Part shown: positions 43,121-54,439 of the stretch, piece by piece
Layout: the number at the start of each line of letters is the position of its first letter
Numbering within the stretch: the first letter of the stretch is position 1
Assembly (NCBI GenBank): GCA_963770895.1
Contig: CAVYRF010000002.1
Coordinates: 3,040,001 to 3,104,000, forward strand
DNA: 64,000 nucleotides
Source of the DNA: an uncultured Acidobacteriota bacterium
GTDB lineage: Bacteria; Acidobacteriota; Thermoanaerobaculia; Multivoradales; UBA5704
Reading direction: 5' to 3'
Notes under the pieces: generated by a model
Seen by the model: only the letters and a program-made list of their open reading frames with translations
Databases searched by the model: none
Told to the model about the DNA's origin: nothing
Program-made: the position numbers and the translations under genes

Positions 43121-43302
43121 CGCATCGGGGACGGACCGGAGAGGTGGAGTGGGACGCTTACTTCCTATACCCTGCCGAGGCCAGATGGGTTTCTGTCCCG
43201 ACGCCTTTGACCAGCTGGGGCCGAACGGTGCTCGGTAGCGGCGAGGCGCTGAGGCAAAACCTCCTATCCCTCCTGAGCCCTGGCCATGGACTGTCGCCGT
43301 GA
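43069..43302 (+). pseudogene. 3' fragment of a conserved hypothetical (thioredoxin-like) gene
   Basis: QFWD....GRWF...WDAYFLY..EARW...P.PL.SWGRTV reads like a C-terminal half; its stop overlaps the next GTG. Confidence 0.45.
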
Positions 43303-43820
43303 ACGTAGATGATTGCTGCCCAAGCTCGGGCGGCCCGGCGCCAGGGCTCCGCTGTCCCCTTTCTGGCGGCGCCGGAGAGCGGGTGCCATGGCGCACCGTC
43401 GCCGCTCTGATCGCCGGCGCCATTCCACCGAAGCAGGATTTCTGGCTTTGTCCTGATCCGATGTGCGAGGTGGTCTATTTCGGCGCCTTTGGCCAGCTCG
43501 TAACGCTCTCCGAGCTGCGCGTCCGCCCAGGTCTGAAAAATGGCGGGGAGCTGCTCTGCTATTGCCTGCAATTCCGCAAGCAAGACTTGCAGCTGGAAGC
43601 TCCTGGTGCCGCGAGCAAGGTCCTGGAACAGATTACGGCACTGGTGAAGGCCGGGGGGTGCGCTTGCGAGGTGCGCAATCCCAGCGGGAAATGCTGTCTC
43701 CGGGACGTCAGGAAATTCGCACGCGAAGCTGCCGACGCCCGAGCCCGCGGCGGCCCCGCTCCGGCCGGCAGCGCCCTCGACACGGCGGGCGTCGAGGCGT
43801 TATTTTGGCGCCAGGGCTGA
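43299..43820 (+). CDS. CopZ-like zinc-binding / BFD-like [2Fe-2S] metallochaperone
   Basis: CP.SG..G..V...TV, F.LC..P.CEVVYF, LCYC, CACEVRNPSGKCC. Confidence 0.8.
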   Translation: MNVDDCCPSSGGPAPGLRCPLSGGAGERVPWRTVAALIAGAIPPKQDFWLCPDPMCEVVYFGAFGQLVTLSELRVRPGLKNGGELLCYCLQFRKQDLQLEAPGAASKVLEQITALVKAGGCACEVRNPSGKCCLRDVRKFAREAADARARGGPAPAGSALDTAGVEALFWRQG

Positions 43821-43827
43821 CGATGAG

Positions 43828-44121
43828 CTATTGGGCGAGCTCGATGATGAGGTGATCCATCGGCACGAAGAGGTAGAGCTTGGGGGTGGGGGCGCTTTTC
43901 ACCAGGAAGGTGACCAGGTCGACACCGACGTTGGTGACGCAGGTGACGCCTTCACCGACGATGAATTCGTACATGCCTTCGTGCTTGACCATGGTGCCGC
44001 AGGCGTTGTGGAAGCCTTGCCAGAGCTGCTGCTGGCTGTTGACGACGGGCGCCTGGCCCTGGCACAGGGTGGCGGCGGACAGGGACAGCAGGACCAGCGT
44101 CCAAAGAGTTCTGCGCAGCAT
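43828..44121 (-). CDS. Small secreted hypothetical protein
   Basis: AAAGGAG RBS, signal peptide, GC3-biased codons. Confidence 0.6.
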   Translation of the reverse strand: MLRRTLWTLVLLSLSAATLCQGQAPVVNSQQQLWQGFHNACGTMVKHEGMYEFIVGEGVTCVTNVGVDLVTFLVKSAPTPKLYLFVPMDHLIIELAQ

Positions 44122-44303
44122 GGAAGCTCCTTTCGTCGCTCGACGAGCGTGCGGCACTTCCTTCACCCTGGATCAACGCCGCGAGTCCGCGCGGCGTTCC
44201 GGCCCCGGCGCAGGCTGGATCCCTGACGCCGGGATCCGGGTGTGGGGAAGGGATACGCAAGGGTGAGGGGAGAGGCTGGAACGAGACACCCGGGGATCAC
44301 TTG

Positions 44304-46550
44304 CTAACCAGGTCGGCGCCCTCGAGCGTTCTTCCGTTCAGCACGGCCCTTTGTCTTGGCCAAGGAGCGCGTCGCCGTCGCAACCAGGTCTCGGAGAGCC
44401 GGCTCCGGGTCCTTGCCGAAGCGTTGGATTACCTGCGAGTACGCCGCGGCAGCAGCCTCCGGCTGTTTTGTCGCGCCCAGGACAATTCCCTGATTGACGA
44501 GCGCCGCGGCGACTAGCTCACGCAGAGCTGGTTCCGGCGCGTCACCGAAACGCTGGACCACCTGCGAGTATGACTCGACTTCGGCATCTACCTTGCCTGC
44601 CTGGCCGAGGGCGACGCCCTGATTGAAGAGCGCATTCGCTACGTCTTCGCGGAGCGCTGGCTCGGGGCTGTCACCGAAACGCTTGAGGACTTCCGACCAC
44701 GCATGGAGCGCAGCCTTGTGCTTGCCCTCCTCGCTAAGGGCGATGCCCCTGTTGAGGAGCGCCATGGCGACCAGATGGCGGAGAGCTGGCTCGGGAGCGT
44801 CGCCGAAGCGACGCACAACCTGGGCGTACACGGCGGTCTGCGGCTTCCCTACTTCGCCGAGGGCAGCTCCCTGGTTGACGAGCGCACTTGCGACTTGCTC
44901 GCGCAGGGCTGGCTCGGGCGCATCGCCGAAGCGCCTGACGACCTGCGACCACGCTGCTAGCGCAGGCTCCGGCTTTCCCGCATCGAATTGAACGGTGCCC
45001 AGGTTGAAGAGCGCCTTGGCCACCTCCACCCGAAGAGCTGGTGCCGGGTCATCGCCGAAGCGCTGGACCACTTGCGACCAAGCCTCGATCGCGGCCTCCG
45101 GCCGGCCTAGCCGATACAGGCAATATCCCTTCCCGCCTAGAGCTCTCGCGGCGGATGCTGACCAGGCATTGCGGTCCGGGCTCCCGCTTGCGAGGGCGCT
45201 TTCGGCCAGGCGATTCCATATCTTGCAGACCCCGAGGCCAAGGTCCCCGGCCAGGTCGGCCAGGGCCAGGTAGGTCGTCCTGAGCGCTTCGTCGAGCTCC
45301 TTGCGTTGATCCTCGGCCAAAGCCGCGACCTCGATTTCCTTTGCGGCGCGAGCGGCGATCGGGTATGCCGAGCGCCGGACCGCGTCGCTCACCTGTCGCA
45401 GAGCCTCGGTCGCCTTACGCTGCGCCGCCGAGTCGCCCAGACGCCTCGACTTTTCGAGCTCCATGCCGACCCGGACGCGGTCCAAGACCTCGCCAATCAG
45501 GTAAAGGTGCCCGGAAGCGTCTTCAGGGTCGAGGTTGTTCACCAGATATTGCAGGAAGAATTCAAGCGGTTCGGCCGTGAGGTGAGGAGCTTTCAGGTCG
45601 AGCTTCTGAATAAACGCTTCGAAGACGTCACGCGCGCGCAGCGTTCGTTCGCGGGCCAATCCGCCGGCGCTCCCCCGCTCGCCGCGCAGCGCCTCGACGC
45701 CTCCTCGCCGCGGGCGCTCTGCCGGTTCGCCCCCCGTCGCGACGGCAGCCTTCGACGGTAGAACCAGCCGGACGCTCGCATGGTTGCGAAGCCACGCTGG
45801 CAGGCTCTCCGCCACGGCGCGCTGGTAGCAGAACCAATACAGGTTGAACGGCAAGGTGGGTTGCTGGAGACGACGCCGCACGGCGGTCATGAGGACATCG
45901 CCTTCCCATCCCGAGTAGCCCACCACCAAGGGTGAGCGCTCGGCCAGGACGCGTTCGAGGAGCTGTCCCATGCTGACGCTGTCGGTCAGGTCGTGGCGCG
46001 CCTGGCCTTCGATCTCACCACGCAGGTTGCAGCAGTCATAGAACCAGTGTGTGCCGTGCACGTGGACGATCTGAAGATCGGGCCGCCCGGGATCGATGCG
46101 CTGCGTAGTCTTCGGGTGGTCGCAGACGATCACCTCGTGCCCAAAGAGGCGCAAGGCTCGGGTCAACATCTCGTCGAAGTTGGGAGTAAAGACCAGCTTG
46201 GTGATAGTCCCTTCACTCAGCAGGTGAGCAAGGCGGAGGTTGGCGGCGGAGATCCGGGCCGTGTGCAGGTGCTGATGCAGGAAGGCTCGGCGGTCGTCGG
46301 CCTGTTCGAACGCCATCGCGAAGCAGCCTTCGTAGCGGTCGAGAGGAGAGCCTCCCGCAGAGGGCGGAGTGCGCCCCTGGTCCGTAATCTCCTTGCGGCA
46401 CATCTGCTCGATTCCCGTCGCAAGCGGGATAGGCGGATGCGAGACACCTGCGCCGACAATAAAGAAGAACGGAGAGGCACCATTCGCAGGCCTCCTGCGA
46501 GTTGCGCGGACGATCTGGTCGACGGCTGACGACAGGTCGAGTTCAGTCAT
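44304..46550 (-). CDS. SIR2-like domain protein with C-terminal TPR-like repeats
   Basis: FIVGAGVS, TPNFD, HVHG, VVGYSG.E.D motifs; six ~43-aa repeats (VV.RFGD.PEPALR..VA.AL.N.G). Confidence 0.85.
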   Translation of the reverse strand: MTELDLSSAVDQIVRATRRRPANGASPFFFIVGAGVSHPPIPLATGIEQMCRKEITDQGRTPPSAGGSPLDRYEGCFAMAFEQADDRRAFLHQHLHTARISAANLRLAHLLSEGTITKLVFTPNFDEMLTRALRLFGHEVIVCDHPKTTQRIDPGRPDLQIVHVHGTHWFYDCCNLRGEIEGQARHDLTDSVSMGQLLERVLAERSPLVVGYSGWEGDVLMTAVRRRLQQPTLPFNLYWFCYQRAVAESLPAWLRNHASVRLVLPSKAAVATGGEPAERPRRGGVEALRGERGSAGGLARERTLRARDVFEAFIQKLDLKAPHLTAEPLEFFLQYLVNNLDPEDASGHLYLIGEVLDRVRVGMELEKSRRLGDSAAQRKATEALRQVSDAVRRSAYPIAARAAKEIEVAALAEDQRKELDEALRTTYLALADLAGDLGLGVCKIWNRLAESALASGSPDRNAWSASAARALGGKGYCLYRLGRPEAAIEAWSQVVQRFGDDPAPALRVEVAKALFNLGTVQFDAGKPEPALAAWSQVVRRFGDAPEPALREQVASALVNQGAALGEVGKPQTAVYAQVVRRFGDAPEPALRHLVAMALLNRGIALSEEGKHKAALHAWSEVLKRFGDSPEPALREDVANALFNQGVALGQAGKVDAEVESYSQVVQRFGDAPEPALRELVAAALVNQGIVLGATKQPEAAAAAYSQVIQRFGKDPEPALRDLVATATRSLAKTKGRAERKNARGRRPG
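44370..45080 (-). repeat. Six ~129-bp (43-aa) intragenic TPR-like repeats
   Basis: Repeated RFGD(A/S/D)PEPALR units in the translation. Confidence 0.75.
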
Positions 46551-46697
46551 ACAGTTGCAGCGCAAAAGTTTATCGTAGCACGTCCATAATCGAACTCGGG
46601 CAACCGCGAACCGGTTTGCCCGGCGGGGGTGCGCCGCGATAGCCTGCGGCGAACAGGGGCGGGCGGGGGCTTGCGCGCCGCGCGTCAAGGAGGCAGG

Positions 46698-47201
46698 TTG
46701 AGCACCGAAAACCCGTCTGTAGATGTTGATCCGGCGTGGGGCTTTCTGCGGCATGCGGTGGCGACGGTCGCCTATCGCGGCGGCAAGGTGCTGCGCGGTG
46801 TCACCGCCGAGTTTGGCGAGTTCGTGCCGGCGCCCGGCGTGCGGTCGCCGCGGGCGCTGGTCGCCCATATCGGCGATCTGTTTCATTGGGCGCTGGGGCA
46901 GTTGCAGGGCAACCCGGAGTGGAAGCCGGCGGCGCCGCTGCCTTGGGATCAGGAGGTGGAGCGCTTCTTCTCCACGCTGACGGCCTTCGACCGGCGGCTT
47001 GCCGCCGGCGGCACGCCTGCCGTGCCGCTGGAGCGCCTGCTGCAGGGGCCGGTTGCGGACTCCCTGACCCATGTCGGCCAGCTGGCGATGATGCGCCGGC
47101 TGGCCGGCGTCCCGATGCGCAGCGAGAACTACGTCCGTGCCGACATCGTGCCCGGCCGGGTGGGCGCCGAGCAGACCGCGCCGTCGCGCGAGTTCGACTG
47201 A
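46698..47201 (+). CDS. DinB-like hypothetical protein
   Basis: AGGAGG RBS before TTG; LRH..AT.AYR, HIGDL, D.LTHVGQLAM.RR. Confidence 0.7.
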   Translation: MSTENPSVDVDPAWGFLRHAVATVAYRGGKVLRGVTAEFGEFVPAPGVRSPRALVAHIGDLFHWALGQLQGNPEWKPAAPLPWDQEVERFFSTLTAFDRRLAAGGTPAVPLERLLQGPVADSLTHVGQLAMMRRLAGVPMRSENYVRADIVPGRVGAEQTAPSREFD

Positions 47202-47289
47202 CCCGCGGCGCGGCGGCGCGCGGCCGCCGCTGCCACCGGCGCCCGCGGATGCGCCGGTGCGCAGCCGTTTCCCCTTTGCCCACCCACCC

Positions 47290-48480
47290 ATGAGAACCAT
47301 CAAAGCCTACGGCCCGGCCGGCCTGGGGAACCTCGCCGCGGGCTTCGACACCCTGGGTGCGGCTCTGGCACCGGTAGCTCAAGCCGGGCCGGCGGGCCGC
47401 GCTGGGGGGGCCGGCGTGGCTGGCGATGATGGCCTGGGAATCGTTGGGGTGGGCTTGGACTCTCCGGGCGTGGCGCTGCCACTGGTTGCTCAGGACGAGG
47501 CGGCGGGTCGCGCCGGGGGCACCGGCGTGCCTGGCGATCGCGGTGTGTTTGGCGATGACGGCGAGCCCCGCATTGGCGGCATCTCCGGCGATGCGGGCGT
47601 GGTTGCCGGTGGCGGCGGCTTGCTGTGGGGCGACGTGGTGGAGGTCACCGAACAGGAGGCGGGGGCGGGCATCTCGCTCACCTGCGATGGGCCGTTCGCC
47701 CACATGCTGCCGGCGGACCCGCGGGACAACCTGGCGATGGGGGCGTGTGCGGCGTTCGCGCGGCGGTGGGGGCGGGATTTGCCGGCGTGCCACGTGCGGC
47801 TGCACAAGGGGCTGCCGGTGGGGAGCGGCCTGGGGTCGAGCAGCGCCACGATCGTCGCCGTGCTGCGCGCGTTGAATGCGCTGACCGGCGAGCCGCTGGG
47901 CGATGCGCTGCTGCTGGAGGCGGCGGCGGAGGCGGAGGCGGGGCCCGCCGGCGGCCTGATCCTGGACAACGTGGCGGCGTCGCTGCTGGGCGGGCTGCAG
48001 CTGGTGGACGCTGCCGGCGGCGCGCACCGGCTGCCTTTCCCGGCGGAGCTGCGCTTCGTGTTGGCGAGCCCGGAGCTCACCCTGACGACGCGCGCGGCGC
48101 GCTCGGTGCTGCCGGCGGCGGTGCCGCTGGCGCTGGCGGTGGCCCATGCGCAGAACCTGGCGGCGCTGGTGCACGCCCTGCACGGCGGCGACCGCGCCCT
48201 GCTGCGCGCCTGCCTGGGCGACCGCCTGGCGGAGCCCAGCCGGGCGCCGCTGATTCCGGGCTTTCACCAGGTGCAGGCGGCGGCGCTTGCGGCGGGGGCC
48301 TGGGGGTGCAGCCTGTCGGGCGCCGGGCCGGCGATGTTCGCCCTGGCCGAGACGGCGGCGGCGCCGGCGATCGGCGCCGCCATGGAGCAGGCATGGGCGG
48401 CCGCGGGCGTCCCGGCGCGGATCACGGTCTGCGTGCTGGATCACGTGGGCGCGCGGGTGCTGGAGGACCGGTGCGGCTGA
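47290..48480 (+). CDS. thrB: Homoserine kinase (with an ~81-aa Gly-rich insertion)
   Basis: PA..GNL..GFD.LG.AL, KGLPVGSGLGSS, DNVA.SL.GG, LSGAGP; coupled to thrC. Confidence 0.88.
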   Translation: MRTIKAYGPAGLGNLAAGFDTLGAALAPVAQAGPAGRAGGAGVAGDDGLGIVGVGLDSPGVALPLVAQDEAAGRAGGTGVPGDRGVFGDDGEPRIGGISGDAGVVAGGGGLLWGDVVEVTEQEAGAGISLTCDGPFAHMLPADPRDNLAMGACAAFARRWGRDLPACHVRLHKGLPVGSGLGSSSATIVAVLRALNALTGEPLGDALLLEAAAEAEAGPAGGLILDNVAASLLGGLQLVDAAGGAHRLPFPAELRFVLASPELTLTTRAARSVLPAAVPLALAVAHAQNLAALVHALHGGDRALLRACLGDRLAEPSRAPLIPGFHQVQAAALAAGAWGCSLSGAGPAMFALAETAAAPAIGAAMEQAWAAAGVPARITVCVLDHVGARVLEDRCG

Positions 48481-49823
48481 CCAGCACGCGCGACGCGCGG
48501 CAGCAGGTGCCGTTCAAGCAGGCGGTGGTGCGCAACGCTCCCGCGGGGGAGAGCGCGCCGGGAGCGCCGTCCTCTTCGGGCGGCCCTGCCGCCGAGACCG
48601 CCGCCGGTGGGGGGCTGTATGCGCCGGCGGCGCTGGCTGCCTGGCCGGACGTGGAGGACCTGCTGCGGCTGCCCTGGTTGGAGCGGTCGACGGAGATCCT
48701 GGATCGGCTGCTGGGCGATGAGTATCCGCGCGCCGAGCTGGCGCGCATGGCGCGCCAGGCGTTCGATTTTCCGCTGCCCCTGGTCGAGGTGGAGACCGAC
48801 TGCTTCGCGCTCGAGCTGTTCCATGGCCCGTCCTTTGCCTTCAAGGACTTCGGCGCCCGCTTCCTGGCGGCGGTGCTGGCGGGCCTGCGGCAGGAGGGCG
48901 CCGCCGGCCGCACCGTCCTGACGGCGACGAGCGGCGACACCGGCGCCGCCGTGGCGGCGGCGTTCTGGCAGCGGGACGGGTTTCGCGTCGTAGTGCTGTA
49001 TCCCGAGGGACGGGTGTCGCCGCTGCAGGAGCGGCAGCTGGCGTGCCTGGGCGGCAACGTCGTCGCGCTCGCCGTGGCGGGCGACTTCGACGACTGCCAG
49101 CGGCTGGTGCGGGCGTGTTTTGCGGACGCCGAGCTGTGCGCCGAGCTGGGGCTGGTGGCGGCCAACTCGATCAACATCGCCCGCCTGGTGGCGCAGCTCC
49201 TGTACTACTTCGAGAGCCTGGCGCAGTTGCGGCGTCTGCGCCCCGCGGCGCCGGCACCGGTGATCGCCGTGCCCAGCGGCAACTTCGGCAACCTCTGCGC
49301 CGGCCTGTACGCGCGGGCCCTGGGCCTGCCCGCGGGCGGCTTCGTCGCCGCGACCAACGCCAACCGCGTGGTGCCGGATTTTCTGGACGGCGGTCCCTAC
49401 CGGCCGCGGCCCGGCATCGCCACCCTGAGCAATGCCATGGACGTGGGCAACCCGAGCAACTGGGAGCGCATCCTGCACCTGTACGGCGGCGACGCGGCGG
49501 CGGTGCGTCGGGTGCTGCGCTGGGGGGTGCTGGACGATGCGGCGACGGCGGCGACCCTGGGCGGGCTGGCGCGCCGCGGCTACCGCGCCGATCCCCATGC
49601 CGCCGTCGCGTACGGGGTGCTGCGGCGGGTGCTGCGCGCGGGCGAGGTCGGCATCTTCCTGGCCACCGCCCACCCCGCCAAGTTCGACACCGTGCTGGCG
49701 CCGCTGGGCTTGGCGGCTCCCCTGCCCGGCGTGCTTGCGGCGCTGCTCGACCGGCCGCTGGCGCGCGAGCGGCTGAGCGCGGGCGTTGCGCCCCTCAAGG
49801 CGCGGTTGCGCGATCTCAACTAG
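48471..49823 (+). CDS. thrC: Threonine synthase
   Basis: LELFHGPS.AFKDFGARF, ATSGDTG, ANSIN..RL, VPSGNFGN, ATAHPAKF. Confidence 0.93.
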   Translation: MRLTSTRDARQQVPFKQAVVRNAPAGESAPGAPSSSGGPAAETAAGGGLYAPAALAAWPDVEDLLRLPWLERSTEILDRLLGDEYPRAELARMARQAFDFPLPLVEVETDCFALELFHGPSFAFKDFGARFLAAVLAGLRQEGAAGRTVLTATSGDTGAAVAAAFWQRDGFRVVVLYPEGRVSPLQERQLACLGGNVVALAVAGDFDDCQRLVRACFADAELCAELGLVAANSINIARLVAQLLYYFESLAQLRRLRPAAPAPVIAVPSGNFGNLCAGLYARALGLPAGGFVAATNANRVVPDFLDGGPYRPRPGIATLSNAMDVGNPSNWERILHLYGGDAAAVRRVLRWGVLDDAATAATLGGLARRGYRADPHAAVAYGVLRRVLRAGEVGIFLATAHPAKFDTVLAPLGLAAPLPGVLAALLDRPLARERLSAGVAPLKARLRDLN

Positions 49824-49899
49824 AATCGCGTCCGCGTCGCGCCGTGCTGAGCTTGCCGGCGCGCAATGGCGACCAACGTCCACCTCACACGGAGCGTGC

Positions 49900-51060
49900 A
49901 TGAAGATCGACGAAACCATGGGCTTGAACACGCTGTGCGTCCACGCGGGAGTCACGCCCGAGCCGCAAACCGGGGCGATCATGACGCCGATCTTCCAGAC
50001 CTCGACCTACGTGCAGAAGGCTCCGGGTGAGCACCAGGGGTATGACTACTCGCGGGCCGGCAATCCCACCCGCACGGCGCTGGAGGCGTCGATGGCAGCC
50101 CTGGAAGGGGCGCGCCACTGCATCACGTTCGCTTCGGGCATGGCGGCCGAGCATGCGATCGTGCAGACCCTGGACCCGCCCGCACACGTGATCATTTCCG
50201 AAGATGCGTACGGCGGCACCGGCCGCCTGTTCCGGCGGCTGTTCGCCAAGTACGGATTCGAGCTGGAGTTCCGCGACCTGACCGACCTGGCGGGGCTGGC
50301 GGAGAGCGCCGGACCGCACACGCGATTGATCTGGGCCGAAACGCCCACCAATCCGCTGATGCAGATCGTCGATATTGCGGCCCTGGCCGAAATCGCGCGG
50401 CGCAGCGGCGCCAAGCTGGTGGTGGACAATACGTTCGCTTCGCCCATCCTGCAGAGCCCGCTGGCCCTGGGGGCTGACCTGGTGGTCCACAGCTCGACCA
50501 AGTACATCGGCGGCCACAGCGACCTGATCGGCGGCGCGGTGATGACCAACGACGACCAGCTGGCGGAACAGGTGCGCTTCGTGCAGTTCGCGGGCGGCGC
50601 GGTCAATTCTCCGTTCGAATGCTTCCTGCTGCTGCGCAGCATCAAGACGCTGGCGCTGCGGATGGAGCGCCACTGCGCCAACGCCCAGGCGTTTGCCGCG
50701 GCGCTCGAGCGCGACGGGGCCTTCCGCCGGGTGCTCTATCCGGGCCTGCCGTCCCATCCCCACCACGAGCTGGCGCGCCGCCAGATGAAAGGCGGCTTTT
50801 CGGGCATCGTGACCGTCGAGCTGGCCGGCGAAATGGAGCGGGTGTCGCGCTTCCTGTCGCACCTGCGGATCTTCGCCGTGGCCGAAAGCCTGGGCGGCGT
50901 CGAGTCGCTGGTCGATCACCCGGAGGTGATGACCCACGCCAGCGTCCCTCCCGAAGTGCGGCGCAAGTTAGGCATCAACGCCGGCCTGATCCGCTTTTCC
51001 ATCGGGATCGAGGACCCCGCCGACCTGATCGCCGACGTGCGCCAGGCGCTCGCGCGTTAG
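49900..51060 (+). CDS. Cystathionine gamma-synthase/lyase family PLP enzyme
   Basis: YDYSR.GNPTR, FASGMAA, ETPTNP, VDNTF, HSSTKYIGGHSD, AESLGGVESL. Confidence 0.93.
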   Translation: MKIDETMGLNTLCVHAGVTPEPQTGAIMTPIFQTSTYVQKAPGEHQGYDYSRAGNPTRTALEASMAALEGARHCITFASGMAAEHAIVQTLDPPAHVIISEDAYGGTGRLFRRLFAKYGFELEFRDLTDLAGLAESAGPHTRLIWAETPTNPLMQIVDIAALAEIARRSGAKLVVDNTFASPILQSPLALGADLVVHSSTKYIGGHSDLIGGAVMTNDDQLAEQVRFVQFAGGAVNSPFECFLLLRSIKTLALRMERHCANAQAFAAALERDGAFRRVLYPGLPSHPHHELARRQMKGGFSGIVTVELAGEMERVSRFLSHLRIFAVAESLGGVESLVDHPEVMTHASVPPEVRRKLGINAGLIRFSIGIEDPADLIADVRQALAR

Positions 51061-51134
51061 CGCTTCATCGCGAGGCGGTAGCCGCCGCCGACAGGTGGTC
51101 GGTCGGCGGCGGGCTTCCCCCCACGCCCCCGGTT

Positions 51135-52085
51135 CTAGTGCTTCCAGACCGGGAGGCGTACGACGAAGCGGCGCGATTGGGCGCCGGGAGCGGCGAGGTG
51201 CAGCTGGCCGCCTTTGGATTCCAGGATCGCGGCCACCACCGCCAGCTCGAAGGCCAGGGCTCCCAGGGCATTGTGAATGGCCGGCGACAGGCTTTCGTAC
51301 GCCGGGCTGGCGATGCTCACCAGCTCGATGATGACTTCGGAGCGCGGCAGCGGGTTGACCGCGTTGTCGGCGGCGAGCGCCGGCCTGGCCTGCGCATCGA
51401 ATGCGTGGTCGGAGGGAGAGAGGGAGTGGGCGCCGGAGCCGGCGTCAGAATCGGAGTCGTCCGTCGCGGAGTCTGCGAGGTGCTCCTGGTCGTCCAGGGC
51501 GTCCGGCCGCTCCGGGTGGGCGGAATGCCCGGTGTGCTCGTCGAAGGGCGATGCATCGTCGCTTTCGACAGCTTCGTGGCCGAGGTGGGCATAGATCCTG
51601 CCGGCGCTCGGCGTCAAGCTTTTGACCACCTCCACCAACGACGAGAGCGCGGTGAAGAGGATTTCGGGGTCGCCGACGGCCCCGGCTGGGACCGTGGCGG
51701 CGCCGGCGCTGATCGGGCGGTTGTGAAGCACCGCGCCGGCGTCCTTGGCCGGAGACACGGCTGCCTCTGGTTCGGCCGTGGCGTCGGCGGCCCCTGATCC
51801 GGACGGTGATCCGGCGGGAGCCGGCAACCGCGGGCGCTGCTGGACAGGGAGTTCAGGAGGCAGCCCCTGGCAGAATCCGGCGGTGGCGAGCGCCACCGCC
51901 AGCAGGGGCCGCAAGGCGCCGGCAAGTTGCCGCGAGGGCTGCGAATCGGTATCGTGCCGGGCGAAGTCCAGCACTTGACTCAATGGAATGGCAATGCGTT
52001 GGTGGGGCGGCACCGCCGGCAGAAGGGCCGACACTGGCGGCACTGTGAGAGGGAGAGGTGTGTCGGGACGCTGGCCAATATCCAT
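51135..52085 (-). CDS. Hypothetical protein with a degenerate histidine-kinase ATPase-like C-terminus
   Basis: GGAGG RBS; GDPE.L..AL..LV and ELAVVAAILESKGGQL.......F.VRLP resemble HATPase_c but lack the N and G boxes. Confidence 0.5.
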   Translation of the reverse strand: MDIGQRPDTPLPLTVPPVSALLPAVPPHQRIAIPLSQVLDFARHDTDSQPSRQLAGALRPLLAVALATAGFCQGLPPELPVQQRPRLPAPAGSPSGSGAADATAEPEAAVSPAKDAGAVLHNRPISAGAATVPAGAVGDPEILFTALSSLVEVVKSLTPSAGRIYAHLGHEAVESDDASPFDEHTGHSAHPERPDALDDQEHLADSATDDSDSDAGSGAHSLSPSDHAFDAQARPALAADNAVNPLPRSEVIIELVSIASPAYESLSPAIHNALGALAFELAVVAAILESKGGQLHLAAPGAQSRRFVVRLPVWKH

Positions 52086-52150
52086 GCGGTTCCTCCCCAG
52101 CTGTTAGACAGCTCCGCCCGGTCGGGCTGTCGACCTCACCCTACATACGA

Positions 52151-52166
52151 AGCAAGGACGGGGCCA
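52151..52166 (-). promoter_or_regulatory. Putative sigma54 (-24/-12) promoter
   Basis: TGGCCC-CGTCC-TTGCT on the minus strand with exact GG-N10-GC spacing, about 65 nt before ATG 52085. Confidence 0.55.
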
Positions 52167-52214
52167 GCTCACCGCGCCGGCCCCGAACGGCCGCCGGCGG
52201 ACCTATAATCCCGC

Positions 52215-54077
<1,863 letters not shown>

Positions 54078-54213
54078 AGCGGGCAGGCCGCCGGCTGCAC
54101 CTGGCGCCCGCGGTAAGCGATGCGCAAGAGCTGAGGGGGAGCGGTGCAGCCCAGATGCCCGATGGACATCGCTGTGCGAGGATCGATGCCCATGGCCGCG
54201 GCCCTACTCGCGG

Positions 54214-54439
54214 TCATAGAAGCTGGTTCAACCGCTGGCTGGTGAGCTCGCAGTCGCGGAGGATCGCACTCAGCAGACCCCGGCCCTATCGTCTCGCCAG
54301 CGTGCACGGGGACCACAGTCCGGCGACCGTCGGGATGTTGAAGGAAGTGGTGGCTGCCGCGCGTGCGCACGACCGCGAATCCGGCCCGCGACAAAGCGGC
54401 GACAAGCCGCTTTCCGGTGAGGGCCGGCAGGCGACTCAT
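54214..54439 (-). pseudogene. hicA: HicA family toxin with a +1 frameshift
   Basis: RGSHHFL.HPDGR.TVVPVH..E.IG.G; the tail LLSAILRDCELT..* is out of frame after a G4 run (54278-54281). Confidence 0.8.

Noticed and set aside
44175-44240. GC-rich hairpins between the small secreted gene and SIR2-TPR
   Set aside because: No U-tract and no recurrence elsewhere, so I cannot support a terminator, REP or ncRNA call.
46551-47303. N-terminal 250-aa extension of the SIR2 ORF
   Set aside because: It overlaps the DinB-like gene on the opposite strand. The SIR2 domain starts near Met 46550.
47377-47619. Intein in thrB
   Set aside because: No N-terminal Cys/Ser or C-terminal His-Asn, and it is too short and low in complexity.
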